64,000 nt of DNA, taken from assembly GCA_039818205.1 (NCBI GenBank), contig JBCBUK010000005.1, positions 160,001 through 224,000 on the forward strand. Direction: 5' to 3'. The stretch's first letter is position 1; every line of letters begins with the position of its first letter. Shown in pieces: positions 10,159-20,975 of the stretch. The DNA is from Verrucomicrobiota bacterium. GTDB taxonomy: Bacteria > Verrucomicrobiota > Verrucomicrobiia > Opitutales > Cerasicoccaceae. The position numbers and the translations under genes are program-made. Below the pieces are notes generated by a model, which was not told where the DNA came from, did not search any database, and was given only the letters and a program-made list of their open reading frames with translations.

Positions 10159-13100
10159 TTAGTTTTTCGTAATAAACGAATCCAGGTTCATGATCTGGTT
10201 GGCAACGATGGTCCAAGCCGCCAACTCGGCCGGATCAACACCACCATCGGCTGGAGTGTTGCCCACCTGGATTAGCTTCTTCGCCGCTTCCTGATCTTCG
10301 ATATAGATCGGCAACACACTCTGATAGGTATTCTTCAAAACATCGACAACTGCCTCCTCGGGTTCATAGCCCATGGCGACTTCATAAAGCATGGTAAACT
10401 TGTCGGGTTGGCCACTGGTCAGGACAAACTCTGCGAGGTTTCGCGCCGCCTCAACATACTGTGGATCATTCATCAACACAAGCGCCTGCAGCGGCGTATT
10501 GGTGCGTTCCCGGCGCACTGAGCACGTCTCCCGCGAAGGCGCATCAAAGACAACCATCGACGGTGGCGGTGCCGTTCGCTTCCAGAACGTATAAAGCGAC
10601 CGACGGTAGAGGCTTTCACCATCATCCACCGAGTAATTGGCGGTGTTACTATTGGTATAACCAACCGCATTCCAAATGCCCATCGGCTGGTAGGGCTTAA
10701 CTGGTGGGCCACCGATGTCATCCACCAACAACTGGCCAACCTGCAGCGCTTGATCTCGAATAACTTCGGCATCTAACCGGAATCGAGGACCCCGTGCCAG
10801 CAAGCGATTTTCGGGATCCGCTTCGAGTTTCTCCGGCGTTATCGCCGAGGACTGACGATAGGTCGACGACATGAGCATCAACTTATACATATGCTTAATA
10901 TCCCAGTCGCTTTCGATAAACTCTGCCGCCAACCAATCCAACAACTCGAGATGGCTAGGCGGCTCGCCTTGGCTACCAAAATCCTCCGACGTTTTTACAA
11001 TGCCGGTTCCAAAGAGCTCCTGCCAAAAGCGATTTACCGTGACCCGAGCCGGCAGCGGATTCTTCGGGTCGACCAACCAGTTGGCCAGGGAAAGACGATT
11101 GGCAACTTCGCCCTCCGGCAGGTTCAACAGAGCCTCAGGCACATCGGCCAAGACTTCGTCACCCGGCTGATCATAGAGTCCACGATTGAGAATGCGCGCC
11201 TTCGGAACGGAATCTTTCTTCTCCTTCATCACCAAGGTGATGTTCGCCCGGGCTTTCATATCCTGCATCTCTTGGCGGGCCACGCGCAGCGCATTGAGCT
11301 TCTCGATAGCAGCATCGTCGATGGCGGCCAACTCGGTCTCGCGGTCAGCAATTGCGATCTCGGTTGACGGAAAGGTGCGGGACAGGACGATTTGCTCCGG
11401 CCGCGACAAGATATGGTCGAACAAACGCACATCACGAATCGCCATCGTCGGTGCATCATCAGCAATTTTATCGTTCGGATTCGGAGATCCAATCATCAGC
11501 GGTTGGTCAACCGATATGTTCATCGTTTTGAAGAACATTCGGAGTCCTCCGCCCTTCAAGGCAGTTGATTTTTCGTTGATGGATCCGGAAACCACACTGC
11601 CAACATTCACGATGCCATCTACCTTCGGATCATCACCTGAAACGGTTAATAAGACATGGTTCCAAGCACCGGGTTTCAGCTTCTCGCGGGTCGTGAGGTT
11701 CAACTGATGGCTCCATACTGGCTTTCCATCGCCCTTGATTGAAAGGGTAACTTCAGATGCGCTGGTCGTGCGTACGGACCAACCTTGACCAGTCTCTGGG
11801 TCAAATTTTCCGAACAACGAATACTCGGGCAGCTTGGCTCCTTCATCCAATTCGGGATGATAAACCCAAAAACTTACCGTGAAGGGTTTGTTAACCGCGA
11901 GCTGTCCATAGTCCCCCAGCTCAACTGACGTGTCTTTCGCAATGGTGATCGCACCTAACCCGGCTGTCTCTTCAATCGCAGCCTCGAAGATCTCCGGTTC
12001 GGCGGCCGCCGAACCGCTAACCACAATACCTTCCTCAGTCGCATCGACGCGGACCAAAAGGTCGTCGCTAGCTAACCAGTGGTTCTCGGATTCTATGGGT
12101 AGCGACGGTCCAACGTATTCCTTCAATGCTTTCTCCAGTTTCCACATTTGCCCCTCGAGAACCTTCTTTCGCAGAAGCGCGTCCTCTTCGTAAACACGGA
12201 TCGACGGCGGCGTATCCAAAACGTTCCGGTCCATCGGAGCCTGGGTAGTGTTGCGGAAAAAAGCCGTCATCTGATAGAAATCCTTCTGAGACAAGGGATC
12301 AAACTTGTGATCATGGCAGGACGCGCAGCTCATCGTTAATCCAAGCCACACAGTCGACGTCGTTTCGACACGATCCAAGGCGTAGATCGCACGGTATTCA
12401 TCGCCAATCGCCCCACCCTCGCTCGTTGTTGGATTACAACGATTGAATCCTGTTGCGATGAGCTGCGATTGCGATGGCTCCGGCAGCAGGTCGCCCGCAA
12501 TTTGCTCTACGGTAAATTGATCAAAGGGCATGTTTGCGTTGAAGGCGTCGACCACCCAATCCCGATAGGGCCAGATACTTCGATAATTATCGAGATGCAG
12601 ACCGTGAGTGTCACTATAGCGCGCAGCATCCAGCCAGTAGCGCGCACGGTGTTCACCATACTGGGACGAGGCCAGGAATTGATCAACCATCTGCTCGTAG
12701 GCATTCGGTGACTCATCGTTGACGAAGGAATCAATTTCTTGCTCAGTCGGCGGCAAGCCACGTAGATCAAAGCTCACCCGGCGAATCAGGGTTCGGCGAT
12801 CGGCCTCCTTGGCGGGCTGAAGACCCGCCTGGTCAAGGCGGCGCACAATGAACGCGTCGATCGGATTGGCCACGAACGAATCGTCCGAAACCTGCGGCAC
12901 CTCCGGCCGTTTAATGTCAGTGAAGGACCAGTGATCCTCCCAAGGCGCACCCATCGCAATCCATTGCTTAAGCAGCCGGATGTCTTCCTGCTTCAAGTGC
13001 TTATGCGAGGTCGGCGGTGGCATAATCTCATCTTGTTCCTTGGTGATGATTCGCTTGTAGAGCTCGCTGTTCTTCGGATCTCCTGGGATAACCGCACGGC

Positions 13101-13761
13101 GCCCATCTCCCAAATCGGCCAACATACCGTCGTGGGTATCCAGTCTCAGATCAGCAGCCCGCGTAGCCTTATCGGGACCGTGGCAATGGAAGCAATTGTC
13201 GGATAGGATCGGACGGATATCGCGGTTGAACCGGATGGTCGAATCTTTGTGAGGAACGGAGGTCGCTACCGGGCGATCAAGCGACCCAGAATCTGGTAGT
13301 GAGTTCACCGACTTCATGTACTCTTCGATGGGATTTCTATCTTGAACCTGTTGGTCGAACAGATTTCCGTTGCTCACATAAACAGGCGCTGGTTCTTCCT
13401 CGTTAAGGATCAGGAAAAGCCCCCCCAGCAGCAAAACGAAGCTCGCGACGGAGGCCACCACCCAGCCAACCCAGGCGACAGGACGACGGCTACTATTGCC
13501 CCCTGTCGCGGCCGCATTTTCCGCGTCATCCTCAAACATCGAGACGACTTTCTCACCCAAATCGGCTTCGGCAATGGTTTGCAGGAGATCGGTCTCCTCA
13601 AGCAACATTGCGTGGATCTGGCACTGTTTGATGTAGAGGCGCCGGGCCTCGGTCGAGCTCTGCAGAATGCAATTGAACTCATTGGCTTCTGCCTTGTTCA
13701 ATCCGTCCGAAAACTGTTTGGAGATCAGAATCTCGAGTCGTTTCTTGATGGCTTCATTCAT
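10159..13761 (-). CDS. PSD1/planctomycete cytochrome c protein (DUF1549 + LamG-like insert + DUF1553) with N-terminal anti-sigma-like segment and TM helix
   Basis: [81 protein letters not shown] helix near residues 95-119. Confidence 0.9.
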   Translation of the reverse strand: MNEAIKKRLEILISKQFSDGLNKAEANEFNCILQSSTEARRLYIKQCQIHAMLLEETDLLQTIAEADLGEKVVSMFEDDAENAAATGGNSSRRPVAWVGWVVASVASFVLLLGGLFLILNEEEPAPVYVSNGNLFDQQVQDRNPIEEYMKSVNSLPDSGSLDRPVATSVPHKDSTIRFNRDIRPILSDNCFHCHGPDKATRAADLRLDTHDGMLADLGDGRRAVIPGDPKNSELYKRIITKEQDEIMPPPTSHKHLKQEDIRLLKQWIAMGAPWEDHWSFTDIKRPEVPQVSDDSFVANPIDAFIVRRLDQAGLQPAKEADRRTLIRRVSFDLRGLPPTEQEIDSFVNDESPNAYEQMVDQFLASSQYGEHRARYWLDAARYSDTHGLHLDNYRSIWPYRDWVVDAFNANMPFDQFTVEQIAGDLLPEPSQSQLIATGFNRCNPTTSEGGAIGDEYRAIYALDRVETTSTVWLGLTMSCASCHDHKFDPLSQKDFYQMTAFFRNTTQAPMDRNVLDTPPSIRVYEEDALLRKKVLEGQMWKLEKALKEYVGPSLPIESENHWLASDDLLVRVDATEEGIVVSGSAAAEPEIFEAAIEETAGLGAITIAKDTSVELGDYGQLAVNKPFTVSFWVYHPELDEGAKLPEYSLFGKFDPETGQGWSVRTTSASEVTLSIKGDGKPVWSHQLNLTTREKLKPGAWNHVLLTVSGDDPKVDGIVNVGSVVSGSINEKSTALKGGGLRMFFKTMNISVDQPLMIGSPNPNDKIADDAPTMAIRDVRLFDHILSRPEQIVLSRTFPSTEIAIADRETELAAIDDAAIEKLNALRVARQEMQDMKARANITLVMKEKKDSVPKARILNRGLYDQPGDEVLADVPEALLNLPEGEVANRLSLANWLVDPKNPLPARVTVNRFWQELFGTGIVKTSEDFGSQGEPPSHLELLDWLAAEFIESDWDIKHMYKLMLMSSTYRQSSAITPEKLEADPENRLLARGPRFRLDAEVIRDQALQVGQLLVDDIGGPPVKPYQPMGIWNAVGYTNSNTANYSVDDGESLYRRSLYTFWKRTAPPPSMVVFDAPSRETCSVRRERTNTPLQALVLMNDPQYVEAARNLAEFVLTSGQPDKFTMLYEVAMGYEPEEAVVDVLKNTYQSVLPIYIEDQEAAKKLIQVGNTPADGGVDPAELAAWTIVANQIMNLDSFITKN

Positions 13762-13773
13762 GGTTCGGATTCG

Positions 13774-14319
13774 TTAAACTTTCTTGTGGTCGACCGTTAT
13801 GCGCTCGATGCAGCCCATTAGTTGCTGACGCAGCCGATAGAGGACCTGCGCCAAAGCGTTGGCATTCGTATTTCGCTCTTTAGCTATCTGCTCGAGTGGC
13901 AGTCCTTCAAAGTATCGCTGAGATACCAGTTGTTGATTGTGTTTACCCAGCTGTTCGAGGCAGTGACGCAAGGCGTGTTTGCGAGCGGCATATTGCTCGC
14001 CCTCTCCCTCTGACTCCTCCGACAACTGCTCGATCAATGAATCGTCAAACACCAGCTTGTCACGCTTGGAGGTCGCCCGATGCCGCAGCACTTCGAAGTA
14101 AGCGATTCGACAGGCCCAAGCCAAGAAATTGGTCCCCAGAACGAAGTCGTCCCCCTTCTTGCAGATTACCAAATTGGCCTCCTGGAGGACATCGTTGGTT
14201 ACGTTGGGGTCTGCGGTCAGTGACAAAATATAGCCACGGAGGGTGCCTTGGTGTTGGGCCAACAGTTGATAGATCTCAGGCTGCTGGTCAGGCGTCATGT
14301 TGGAGTCATTCGCAAGCAT
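13774..14319 (-). CDS. ECF sigma-70 factor, Rhodopirellula/Verrucomicrobium type
   Basis: DVLQEAN, GTNFLAWACRIAYFEV, LRHCLEQL, region-4 HTH ending LYRLRQQLMGCI. Confidence 0.9.
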   Translation of the reverse strand: MLANDSNMTPDQQPEIYQLLAQHQGTLRGYILSLTADPNVTNDVLQEANLVICKKGDDFVLGTNFLAWACRIAYFEVLRHRATSKRDKLVFDDSLIEQLSEESEGEGEQYAARKHALRHCLEQLGKHNQQLVSQRYFEGLPLEQIAKERNTNANALAQVLYRLRQQLMGCIERITVDHKKV

Positions 14320-14683
14320 TCGGGGAATTCGTTACCATAATAACATCAAAATCAGCCCGGGTATTACACAATTTGTTCCATATTTCCTTCAATTCCGAAG
14401 CTAAATCCTATCCATCTAATTGATAAACATCAACTTAAATAGAATTTGCAAATTGTGAAGATTTCCCATCTCGCCGTGCGCAAAAGGTAACCAAATGATC
14501 ACTTAACTATCCATTTGAATGTCCGATCAACGAGATGATCATCGTTTTGGGCCGAAGATTGAATTGTCTCTGGCTGGAGACTTTTTGTGACGACAAAGCT
14601 CCAATCCGGGCGCAGATTTTTCAATATCGGGCTTGAAGACGCCCCCTAAAAACGGCTTCCTAGACCGCTTTGATTTTTCATTC

Positions 14684-16603
14684 ATGTTTCGATCGTTCAC
14701 TGGCACCATATCCCAAGGAAGACTCTCCGATAAGCTGAAGCGTTGGGCATCGCTATTCGGCAGCGAGGAATCTGTGGAGATCCAGGATCACGAGGAAATC
14801 GAAACCTTTGAGCCCGAAGATCCGCCTCAGGCAACCGAGTCGCACAGTGCGATCGAAGAACTGGACGAGGTGGTCGCCGAAGAAATACCAGCGGAGGAAC
14901 ACGTCGAAGACCGTGAAGCGATCTGGCTGGCTGAATGGGAACGACTTGACGATTGGACTGCTGAGCTCGACGAGCGACTAGCGGCGCGAGACTTGAGGAA
15001 ACGGGACCACGCGAAACGAATGGCCGAATGCCACGCACGCATCGAAACTGTCCTCGCCGCGCCAGAAGTCGAAGAGGTCGCCCAGGAAGCAGAAAATAGC
15101 GTCGAGGAGGCAACGCCCGTTGAGCCACCGGCAGCAAAGCCACCTCCCGAACCCGTCGAGGGATATAAATCAACCGACCTCGACGGTTACCAACCACCCG
15201 TTCTCGATTTTCTGGCCGAGCCCGTCCATACGGATGGCCCCGTCGTCGACGACGCCGAATTGGTCCAGCAACGCGAAAGCCTACAAACGACTTTTGACAA
15301 TTTTGCAGTGGATGCCCTGGTCTGCGACGCCACCGTGGGCCCCCGGGTCACTCAGTATCGCGTGAAGCCTGGCTACGGAGTTCGGGTGGAAACGATCGCC
15401 GGGCTCGATAACAACATTGCCCTCGCGCTCAAGGTTAACGCTGTCCGCATCCAGGCCCCCATTCCGGGCGAACCCTATGTCGGTATCGAAGCGCCCAATC
15501 CGAAGAGCCGGACAATTATGCTCAAGGAGGCGTTGTTAAACCAGGCTTGGAGAAGTAATGAGTGCCAGCTTCCAATGGTCCTGGGGATGGATATTGCGGG
15601 GCGTATTCAGCTGCTCGATCTGGCCAAGGCGCCCCACCTACTCATCGCTGGTTCGACGGGTAGCGGTAAATCCGTTTGCATAAATAACCTGATCCTTTCG
15701 CTTGTTTACCATTTCAAGCCTGGTGAGCTCGAGCTCGTGCTCGTCGATCCGAAGCGGGTTGAGTTTGCGATGTATAAAGACCTGCCCCACCTCATCCACC
15801 CGGTGGTCGACGATGCCAAGCAGGCTTGCCAAGCGCTCAAGTGGTTGGTCCGGGAAATGGAAAGCCGCTACGAACGAATGGCCTCACGGCGCGTCCGCAA
15901 CATCGCCGGCTACAATGAAAAAGCGACGAAAGAAGGCTTTGATCCCATGCCCTACATTGTCCTGGTGATTGACGAGATGGCCGACTTGATGATGACCGCC
16001 AAAGATGATGTGGAAACGCCAATCGCCCGCCTAGCCCAGATGTCTCGTGCGGTGGGCATTCACACCGTCCTCGCAACGCAGCGCCCGAGCGTCAACGTGA
16101 TCACCGGAGTCATCAAAGCCAATTTTCCCACGCGCATTGCGTTCAAAGTATCCTCGCAGATCGATAGCCGCACGATCCTCGACGGCAAGGGCGCAGAGAC
16201 TCTCCAGGGCAAGGGCGACATGCTCTACACGCCTCCGGGCCAAGCACGACTCAAGCGCTTGCAAAGCCCGTTTGTTGATGACGACGAAATCTTACGGGTT
16301 ACCGACCACCTCCGCGAACAAGCTCCACCACGCTACCGCGTCGAGCTGGTCGACGAAGACGCACCCGCCGGCGAGCAGGGTGAGCTCTTTGAAGAAGGCG
16401 CCGACAAGCTCCTCATTGATGCCTTGGCGGTCGTTGCGACAACGGGAAAAGCCAGTACCAGTTTTATCCAGCGAAAGCTCAAAATCGGCTACAATCGGGC
16501 CGCAACGCTTGTCGAGGAACTCGAAGTTCGTGGACACATCGGCCCGCAAGTGGGCACGGCACCGCGGGAGGTATTTGTCACCCCGGCGGACCTGCCTCGC
16601 TAA
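14684..16603 (+). CDS. ftsK: FtsK/SpoIIIE-family DNA translocase without N-terminal transmembrane domain
   Basis: GPRVTQY alpha domain, HLLIAGSTGSGKS Walker A, VIDEMADLMM Walker B, ATQRPSVNVITG, gamma domain ASTSFIQRKLKIGYNRAA; start at ATG 14684 (TTG 14633 is an alternative). Confidence 0.92.
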   Translation: MFRSFTGTISQGRLSDKLKRWASLFGSEESVEIQDHEEIETFEPEDPPQATESHSAIEELDEVVAEEIPAEEHVEDREAIWLAEWERLDDWTAELDERLAARDLRKRDHAKRMAECHARIETVLAAPEVEEVAQEAENSVEEATPVEPPAAKPPPEPVEGYKSTDLDGYQPPVLDFLAEPVHTDGPVVDDAELVQQRESLQTTFDNFAVDALVCDATVGPRVTQYRVKPGYGVRVETIAGLDNNIALALKVNAVRIQAPIPGEPYVGIEAPNPKSRTIMLKEALLNQAWRSNECQLPMVLGMDIAGRIQLLDLAKAPHLLIAGSTGSGKSVCINNLILSLVYHFKPGELELVLVDPKRVEFAMYKDLPHLIHPVVDDAKQACQALKWLVREMESRYERMASRRVRNIAGYNEKATKEGFDPMPYIVLVIDEMADLMMTAKDDVETPIARLAQMSRAVGIHTVLATQRPSVNVITGVIKANFPTRIAFKVSSQIDSRTILDGKGAETLQGKGDMLYTPPGQARLKRLQSPFVDDDEILRVTDHLREQAPPRYRVELVDEDAPAGEQGELFEEGADKLLIDALAVVATTGKASTSFIQRKLKIGYNRAATLVEELEVRGHIGPQVGTAPREVFVTPADLPR

Positions 16604-16621
16604 TCGCCGCAACTGACCTAG

Positions 16622-18010
16622 ATGGACGTTCCGCAGAACATTTCAGAGCTGATTGCGCTCGTTGAAGAACATGGTGCCGAGAAGGTGGCCAAGCGCTTCC
16701 GCAAGCCACCGATTCCGAGTCAGCTCCTAATTGCCGTCAGTCATGAGACGCCACCCGAATCCGTTTGGGTCTTTCTAGCTCAATACGTGTTGACGCCCAG
16801 TAGCCTGCTGGAGGAGCTCGCCCAAGAGAACTCGAAATTCCCAGGTCAGGTTCTCATTCCGCTTTCCCAGAATCCACGGACTCCGCCAACGTCGCTATCC
16901 AAACTGATGGCGCACCCCGAGCGCTCCGTGCGCGCTGCCGTTGCCGCAAATCCCAATCTGCCCGCTCGAGACATCAATGACCTCCTCGAAAGCAAGGATA
17001 CGGAAGTCTGGCAGTCACTGGCGACAAACCCAGCATTGAAGTTTAAGGTGCAAGCCCAGCTGGCTGCCCAAGGCGATGCCGCGACTCGCCTGGCCTTGGT
17101 CAAAAACAAGTCCCTGCATCCGGATCTATGGATTGCGCTCTCGGCCGACCCGAGCCCGATCGTGCGGTTTACGTTGGCAACCGCCAGCAATGCGCCCGAT
17201 GACCTCCTACCCTTTTGGGCGGACAGCGATCGTGAAGAGATTCAGCTGGCACTCTTAACCCGCTCCTCACTGCCTCCCAAGATTCTCAAATCGTTACTGC
17301 TCTCACCGCATGCCAGCGTTAGACAAGGCGTCCGTGAGCAATTGGAGTTAGATGAGGTCGATCTGCTTTATTTGAGCCGCACCAATGCCATTGAGGAACG
17401 TCAATATGTCGCCGCTCTTCCCGGCGTAAGTGGCAACCTACAACATCAACTCGCGCAGGATGACGACCTCGCGGTTCGCGCCGCACTGGCCACCAACGAA
17501 TCCATTTGGCCAGAAGTCGCGGAGTTCCTGGTGACCGGTGAAGACGAAGACGCTTGCTTGGCGATGCTCGATAACCCCGAGATGCCGGAATCACTCTACG
17601 TCGAGCTTGCCTGGTTGAACAAACCCCGCTTGGTCGCCGCGCTCGCCAGCAGCGACAACACTCCCGAGGAAGTCCTGCACTATCTGGTGAACGATCGACT
17701 TTCAGCCGAGGCAATCTTCCACCTTGCTGCTTGCCAACGAGCCGCACCTTGGCTTCGCGCCGATCTAGCAAGCGCACTTTCCAAGCACACTTCTCCATCG
17801 CTGCGCAATCTGGCGGCAAGCGCCACCGGACTACCTCAGGCGGATCGCAATCGCCTGCGCGACGACCACATTCCCCGCGTGCGCCAAGCCGCTTACGAGG
17901 TGCTCCCCGAACCAATCGAGATCAAGAGCAGTACGAAGGCTGCGATCGAAAAATGCCTCCAGGAACTCGAACAACTTTTTCAACGTGGAACCCACGACGA
18001 AACAAATTAA
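16622..18010 (+). CDS. Leucine-rich-variant/HEAT-like helical repeat protein
   Basis: Recurring units such as QNPRTPPTSLSKLM, VRAAVAANPNLP, DPSPIVRFTLA, DDDLAVRAALATN, DHIPRVRQAA. Confidence 0.8.
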   Translation: MDVPQNISELIALVEEHGAEKVAKRFRKPPIPSQLLIAVSHETPPESVWVFLAQYVLTPSSLLEELAQENSKFPGQVLIPLSQNPRTPPTSLSKLMAHPERSVRAAVAANPNLPARDINDLLESKDTEVWQSLATNPALKFKVQAQLAAQGDAATRLALVKNKSLHPDLWIALSADPSPIVRFTLATASNAPDDLLPFWADSDREEIQLALLTRSSLPPKILKSLLLSPHASVRQGVREQLELDEVDLLYLSRTNAIEERQYVAALPGVSGNLQHQLAQDDDLAVRAALATNESIWPEVAEFLVTGEDEDACLAMLDNPEMPESLYVELAWLNKPRLVAALASSDNTPEEVLHYLVNDRLSAEAIFHLAACQRAAPWLRADLASALSKHTSPSLRNLAASATGLPQADRNRLRDDHIPRVRQAAYEVLPEPIEIKSSTKAAIEKCLQELEQLFQRGTHDETN

Positions 18011-18027
18011 CGAACAACTAAATCACA

Positions 18028-18405
18028 ATGGCAAAGAAACCTAATCAACCAATGACCCTTAGCCGTAACGACATCATCCTAGGCGCCGAAGCCGATGTCA
18101 TCCGTGCGGCATTCGAGGCGCGCGAGCAGATTGATACCTTGCTCGCCGAACGCGCAGAAGCTTATCGGAAGATCGCTGAGCTTGAATCCCAAGTGGATGG
18201 TATTCTGGGCGAAGACGATGAATTCCCATTCCCAGAACCGGAAGAGCCCGTAGCGCAGTTTCCGGTGGCCAAGAAGAAGGTCGCCAAGAAGAAGGTCGCG
18301 AAACCAGCAGTTGAGGACACCGACACTGTAGACGGTGCCGATGCCGACACGGGTGATGACGCAGCCGATTCGGACGCTTCTGACGACGACACCACCGAAT
18401 CCTAG
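18028..18405 (+). CDS. Small hypothetical protein (coiled coil, AKKKV repeats, acidic tail)
   Basis: ATG 17 nt after upstream stop; protein-like composition; similar to the next ORF. Confidence 0.75.
   Translation: MAKKPNQPMTLSRNDIILGAEADVIRAAFEAREQIDTLLAERAEAYRKIAELESQVDGILGEDDEFPFPEPEEPVAQFPVAKKKVAKKKVAKPAVEDTDTVDGADADTGDDAADSDASDDDTTES
18268..18297 (+). repeat. Perfect 15-bp tandem repeat (GCCAAGAAGAAGGTC x2) encoding AKKKV
   Basis: Read directly from sequence. Confidence 0.9.
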
Positions 18406-18445
18406 TCTCTCCTGACCCGGTCGATGGATCGGGTACCGGCTTGGT

Positions 18446-18859
18446 ATGGCATTAACAGCGCAACAGCGTATTCGCTTACAGGAACTCCTGCTTAAACGGG
18501 AGGCTCTCTACGCGCGCGTGTATCAAACCGAGCAGAAAATCCATCAGGTCTTTGGCGAGACTTATCCGCTTACTCCGCCACCGATCGATCTCCCCAGCGC
18601 CAACCGGCAAAAGACAAAACCCAAGCGCGCCGCAAAGAAGAAGTCGGCGCCCCCACGCATCCGCAACTTGATCAAAGGCGAAACCGCCTATCGCGTCCGC
18701 TATGGTGGAGCGACGGATGCTACGGAAGAAACCCACACCGATCGCAAGAGTATTGAAGTGCTCTTGCGGATTCCCGCGGTCAGATCGACAATCGCTTCGA
18801 TCGAAACCATCGACTCTGGTGGTAAGTTGCGCGAATTCATTTTCCCGCCAACGGACTAG
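18446..18859 (+). CDS. Small basic hypothetical protein, paralogous N-terminus to 18028..18405
   Basis: ATG start, same strand as operon, shared LLxxRxxxYxxxxxxExxxxxxxGE..(F/Y)P pattern. Confidence 0.72.
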   Translation: MALTAQQRIRLQELLLKREALYARVYQTEQKIHQVFGETYPLTPPPIDLPSANRQKTKPKRAAKKKSAPPRIRNLIKGETAYRVRYGGATDATEETHTDRKSIEVLLRIPAVRSTIASIETIDSGGKLREFIFPPTD

Positions 18860-19033
18860 CTCGCGCATTGCCCGTCGGGCATCGCCATAGAACTTTGCGC
18901 CAATAGCACTTGAGGCAGCTATCTAACGATAGATTGAAAAGGCGCCTTAACTATCGAGAATACGGAACATCCGAAGCTCGCGCATGGTGCGACTTCGCCC
19001 ACCTCAAATCCGTTCCAACGATAGTTACCTAAG

Positions 19034-20668
19034 ATGAAACGCTCGCTTCGCGTCGCTTTTTGCGCACTGACTTGTCTGGCCATCCAAGCGTCGGCCCAAG
19101 ACACCAAACCAAACGTCATCATCTACTTTACGGATGATATTAGCGCCCGGGAATTCCCGATCTACGGCAGCAATGTTTGGACTGATCCATATAAAAACAA
19201 CACCCAGGACCTCAAATACCGAGCCGAGACACCCGTGATGGATCGCCTGGCCGAAGATGGTTGCTGGATCGAAACGGCTTGGGCCGCAACGGTGTGCTCG
19301 CCGAGTCGCGCGATGATGATGACTGGGCGTCATGCTCACTTGCACAAATGGTGGCACAACAAAGAGAAGGGACAATACATTGATGAGAGCGGAAAACGCC
19401 ATACCTGGCCGCTCTACGAGAGCTCACCCTTGCAAATGGGTCACCTCGCTCAACAGGCTGGCTACGGCACCTATTGGGCCAGCAAAACGCAAATGGCCGG
19501 TGACCTTCGAAACTACGGCTATGATGAAGGTTGCTTCACTCCGGGGAATCTTTCCGACACGGACAATCCCTATACCGATTTCAAAATGGCCTACCAGAAG
19601 GTCGATGGTAAGCGCGAATTGATCAACCTCGACACCGGAAAACCGGTCAACACGTATCAGCAACACGGTTGGTATTGGTTCCCCCATGTCCGCCTAATGA
19701 ACGACCCAGCCGCCGACGGTTTCAGCTGGTGGCCTAATTCGCCAGAGTCAGAGGCAGCATTTGGACTGAGTACCTATGGGCCCGATGTTGAAATGGATTT
19801 CATCTTTAACTTCATGGACCGCCAGCAAGCCGCCGGAAAACCATTCTTTGTTTACCACTCAACTCACCTTGGCCATGCCGGCTTCGATTTCTTCTCTCCC
19901 GAAGAAAACGGTCAATGTTGGGTGGGCACGCCAATCATCGAATGGGATGGCGAAAAGTACACCCGCACAGAGCCTCACGTCACTGGTGACAATGGCGTCT
20001 ATGATACCCACGGAACGGTTACCGAGACCGGCATGCATACCCACGTCAACTACATTGACTTCCAGATCTGGCAGTATCTCGAAAAGCTGAAGGATATGGG
20101 CCTCGATCAAAACACCATCTTGATCATTGCGTCGGATAACGGCTCCTCCGGCTACGGAAAAGATAGCCCCGACCGACAAAAAGGAACCCACGTGCCATTC
20201 ATTGTCTATGCTCCGGGGTTCGAAACCACCAAGCAAGGTAAGCAAGAAGTCTTGCTCAGCCTCGCCGATGTACTACCCACTTTGGCCGACATCATGGATG
20301 TCGAGATCCCAGAGGACTATGAAGTGAACGGTGAAAGTTTTTGGACCTGGTTGACCACCGATCAAGTCGAGCACCGCGATTGGATCTACGCCTACCGAAA
20401 AGGGGAACAGCTAGTCCGCGGGAAATACGTCATGAAAGACGGTTGGAATCGTTGGTACGACGTAAGTGGCGAAGAACCCGACGACATGATCAGCTATCCA
20501 GAGATCAAGAACTGGAAAAAAGTCAGCGATGCCCACCGCGCCGAACGAGACCTACTGCTCGAGACGATCAAGCAATATGCGCGCGAATCAACAACCATGG
20601 ATGCCCCGGGCACTCCACCGCGCCCCGAAGCCGCCAAACCGAAGAACAAGAACAAGCAGAAGGGCTAG
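19034..20668 (+). CDS. Secreted sulfatase-like hydrolase
   Basis: Signal peptide, PNVIIYFTDD, CSPSRAMMMTGR, SDNG, GTHVPFIV. Confidence 0.9.
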   Translation: MKRSLRVAFCALTCLAIQASAQDTKPNVIIYFTDDISAREFPIYGSNVWTDPYKNNTQDLKYRAETPVMDRLAEDGCWIETAWAATVCSPSRAMMMTGRHAHLHKWWHNKEKGQYIDESGKRHTWPLYESSPLQMGHLAQQAGYGTYWASKTQMAGDLRNYGYDEGCFTPGNLSDTDNPYTDFKMAYQKVDGKRELINLDTGKPVNTYQQHGWYWFPHVRLMNDPAADGFSWWPNSPESEAAFGLSTYGPDVEMDFIFNFMDRQQAAGKPFFVYHSTHLGHAGFDFFSPEENGQCWVGTPIIEWDGEKYTRTEPHVTGDNGVYDTHGTVTETGMHTHVNYIDFQIWQYLEKLKDMGLDQNTILIIASDNGSSGYGKDSPDRQKGTHVPFIVYAPGFETTKQGKQEVLLSLADVLPTLADIMDVEIPEDYEVNGESFWTWLTTDQVEHRDWIYAYRKGEQLVRGKYVMKDGWNRWYDVSGEEPDDMISYPEIKNWKKVSDAHRAERDLLLETIKQYARESTTMDAPGTPPRPEAAKPKNKNKQKG

Positions 20669-20693
20669 AATTTAGTTTGTGTTTGATAGTGCG

Positions 20694-20724
20694 AGCCGCA
20701 TGGAGCAATCCATGCGGCTTTTTT
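20694..20724 (+). terminator. Rho-independent terminator
   Basis: AGCCGCATGGA-GCAA-TCCATGCGGCT then T-run. Confidence 0.85.
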
Positions 20725-20975
20725 GCGCCTGAAAGACCCACAAACGCTCACGCGAAATGCAGATTCTCAGCCCCACTTGCCACGAATTCCTAAAATGATT
20801 CCGTCGTCTCACCCCCGAGAAACTGCCTGTCATTGGCGCGGCCTGACGGAAACTTTACAATGTCACCATTGATTCCATGGAACTTGTGCCTTTAGTTATG
20901 GGTCGCTAAGCACTATAAACAGGCCGAGAATTTGTAATACCTCATTTTCTTGTTCCGTGATAATCTCACACTACC

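Noticed and set aside
14684..16603. Conjugative element or type VII secretion ATPase
   Set aside because: Single motor domain with a gamma domain; no integrase, relaxase, T4SS genes, WXG100 motif or att repeats nearby
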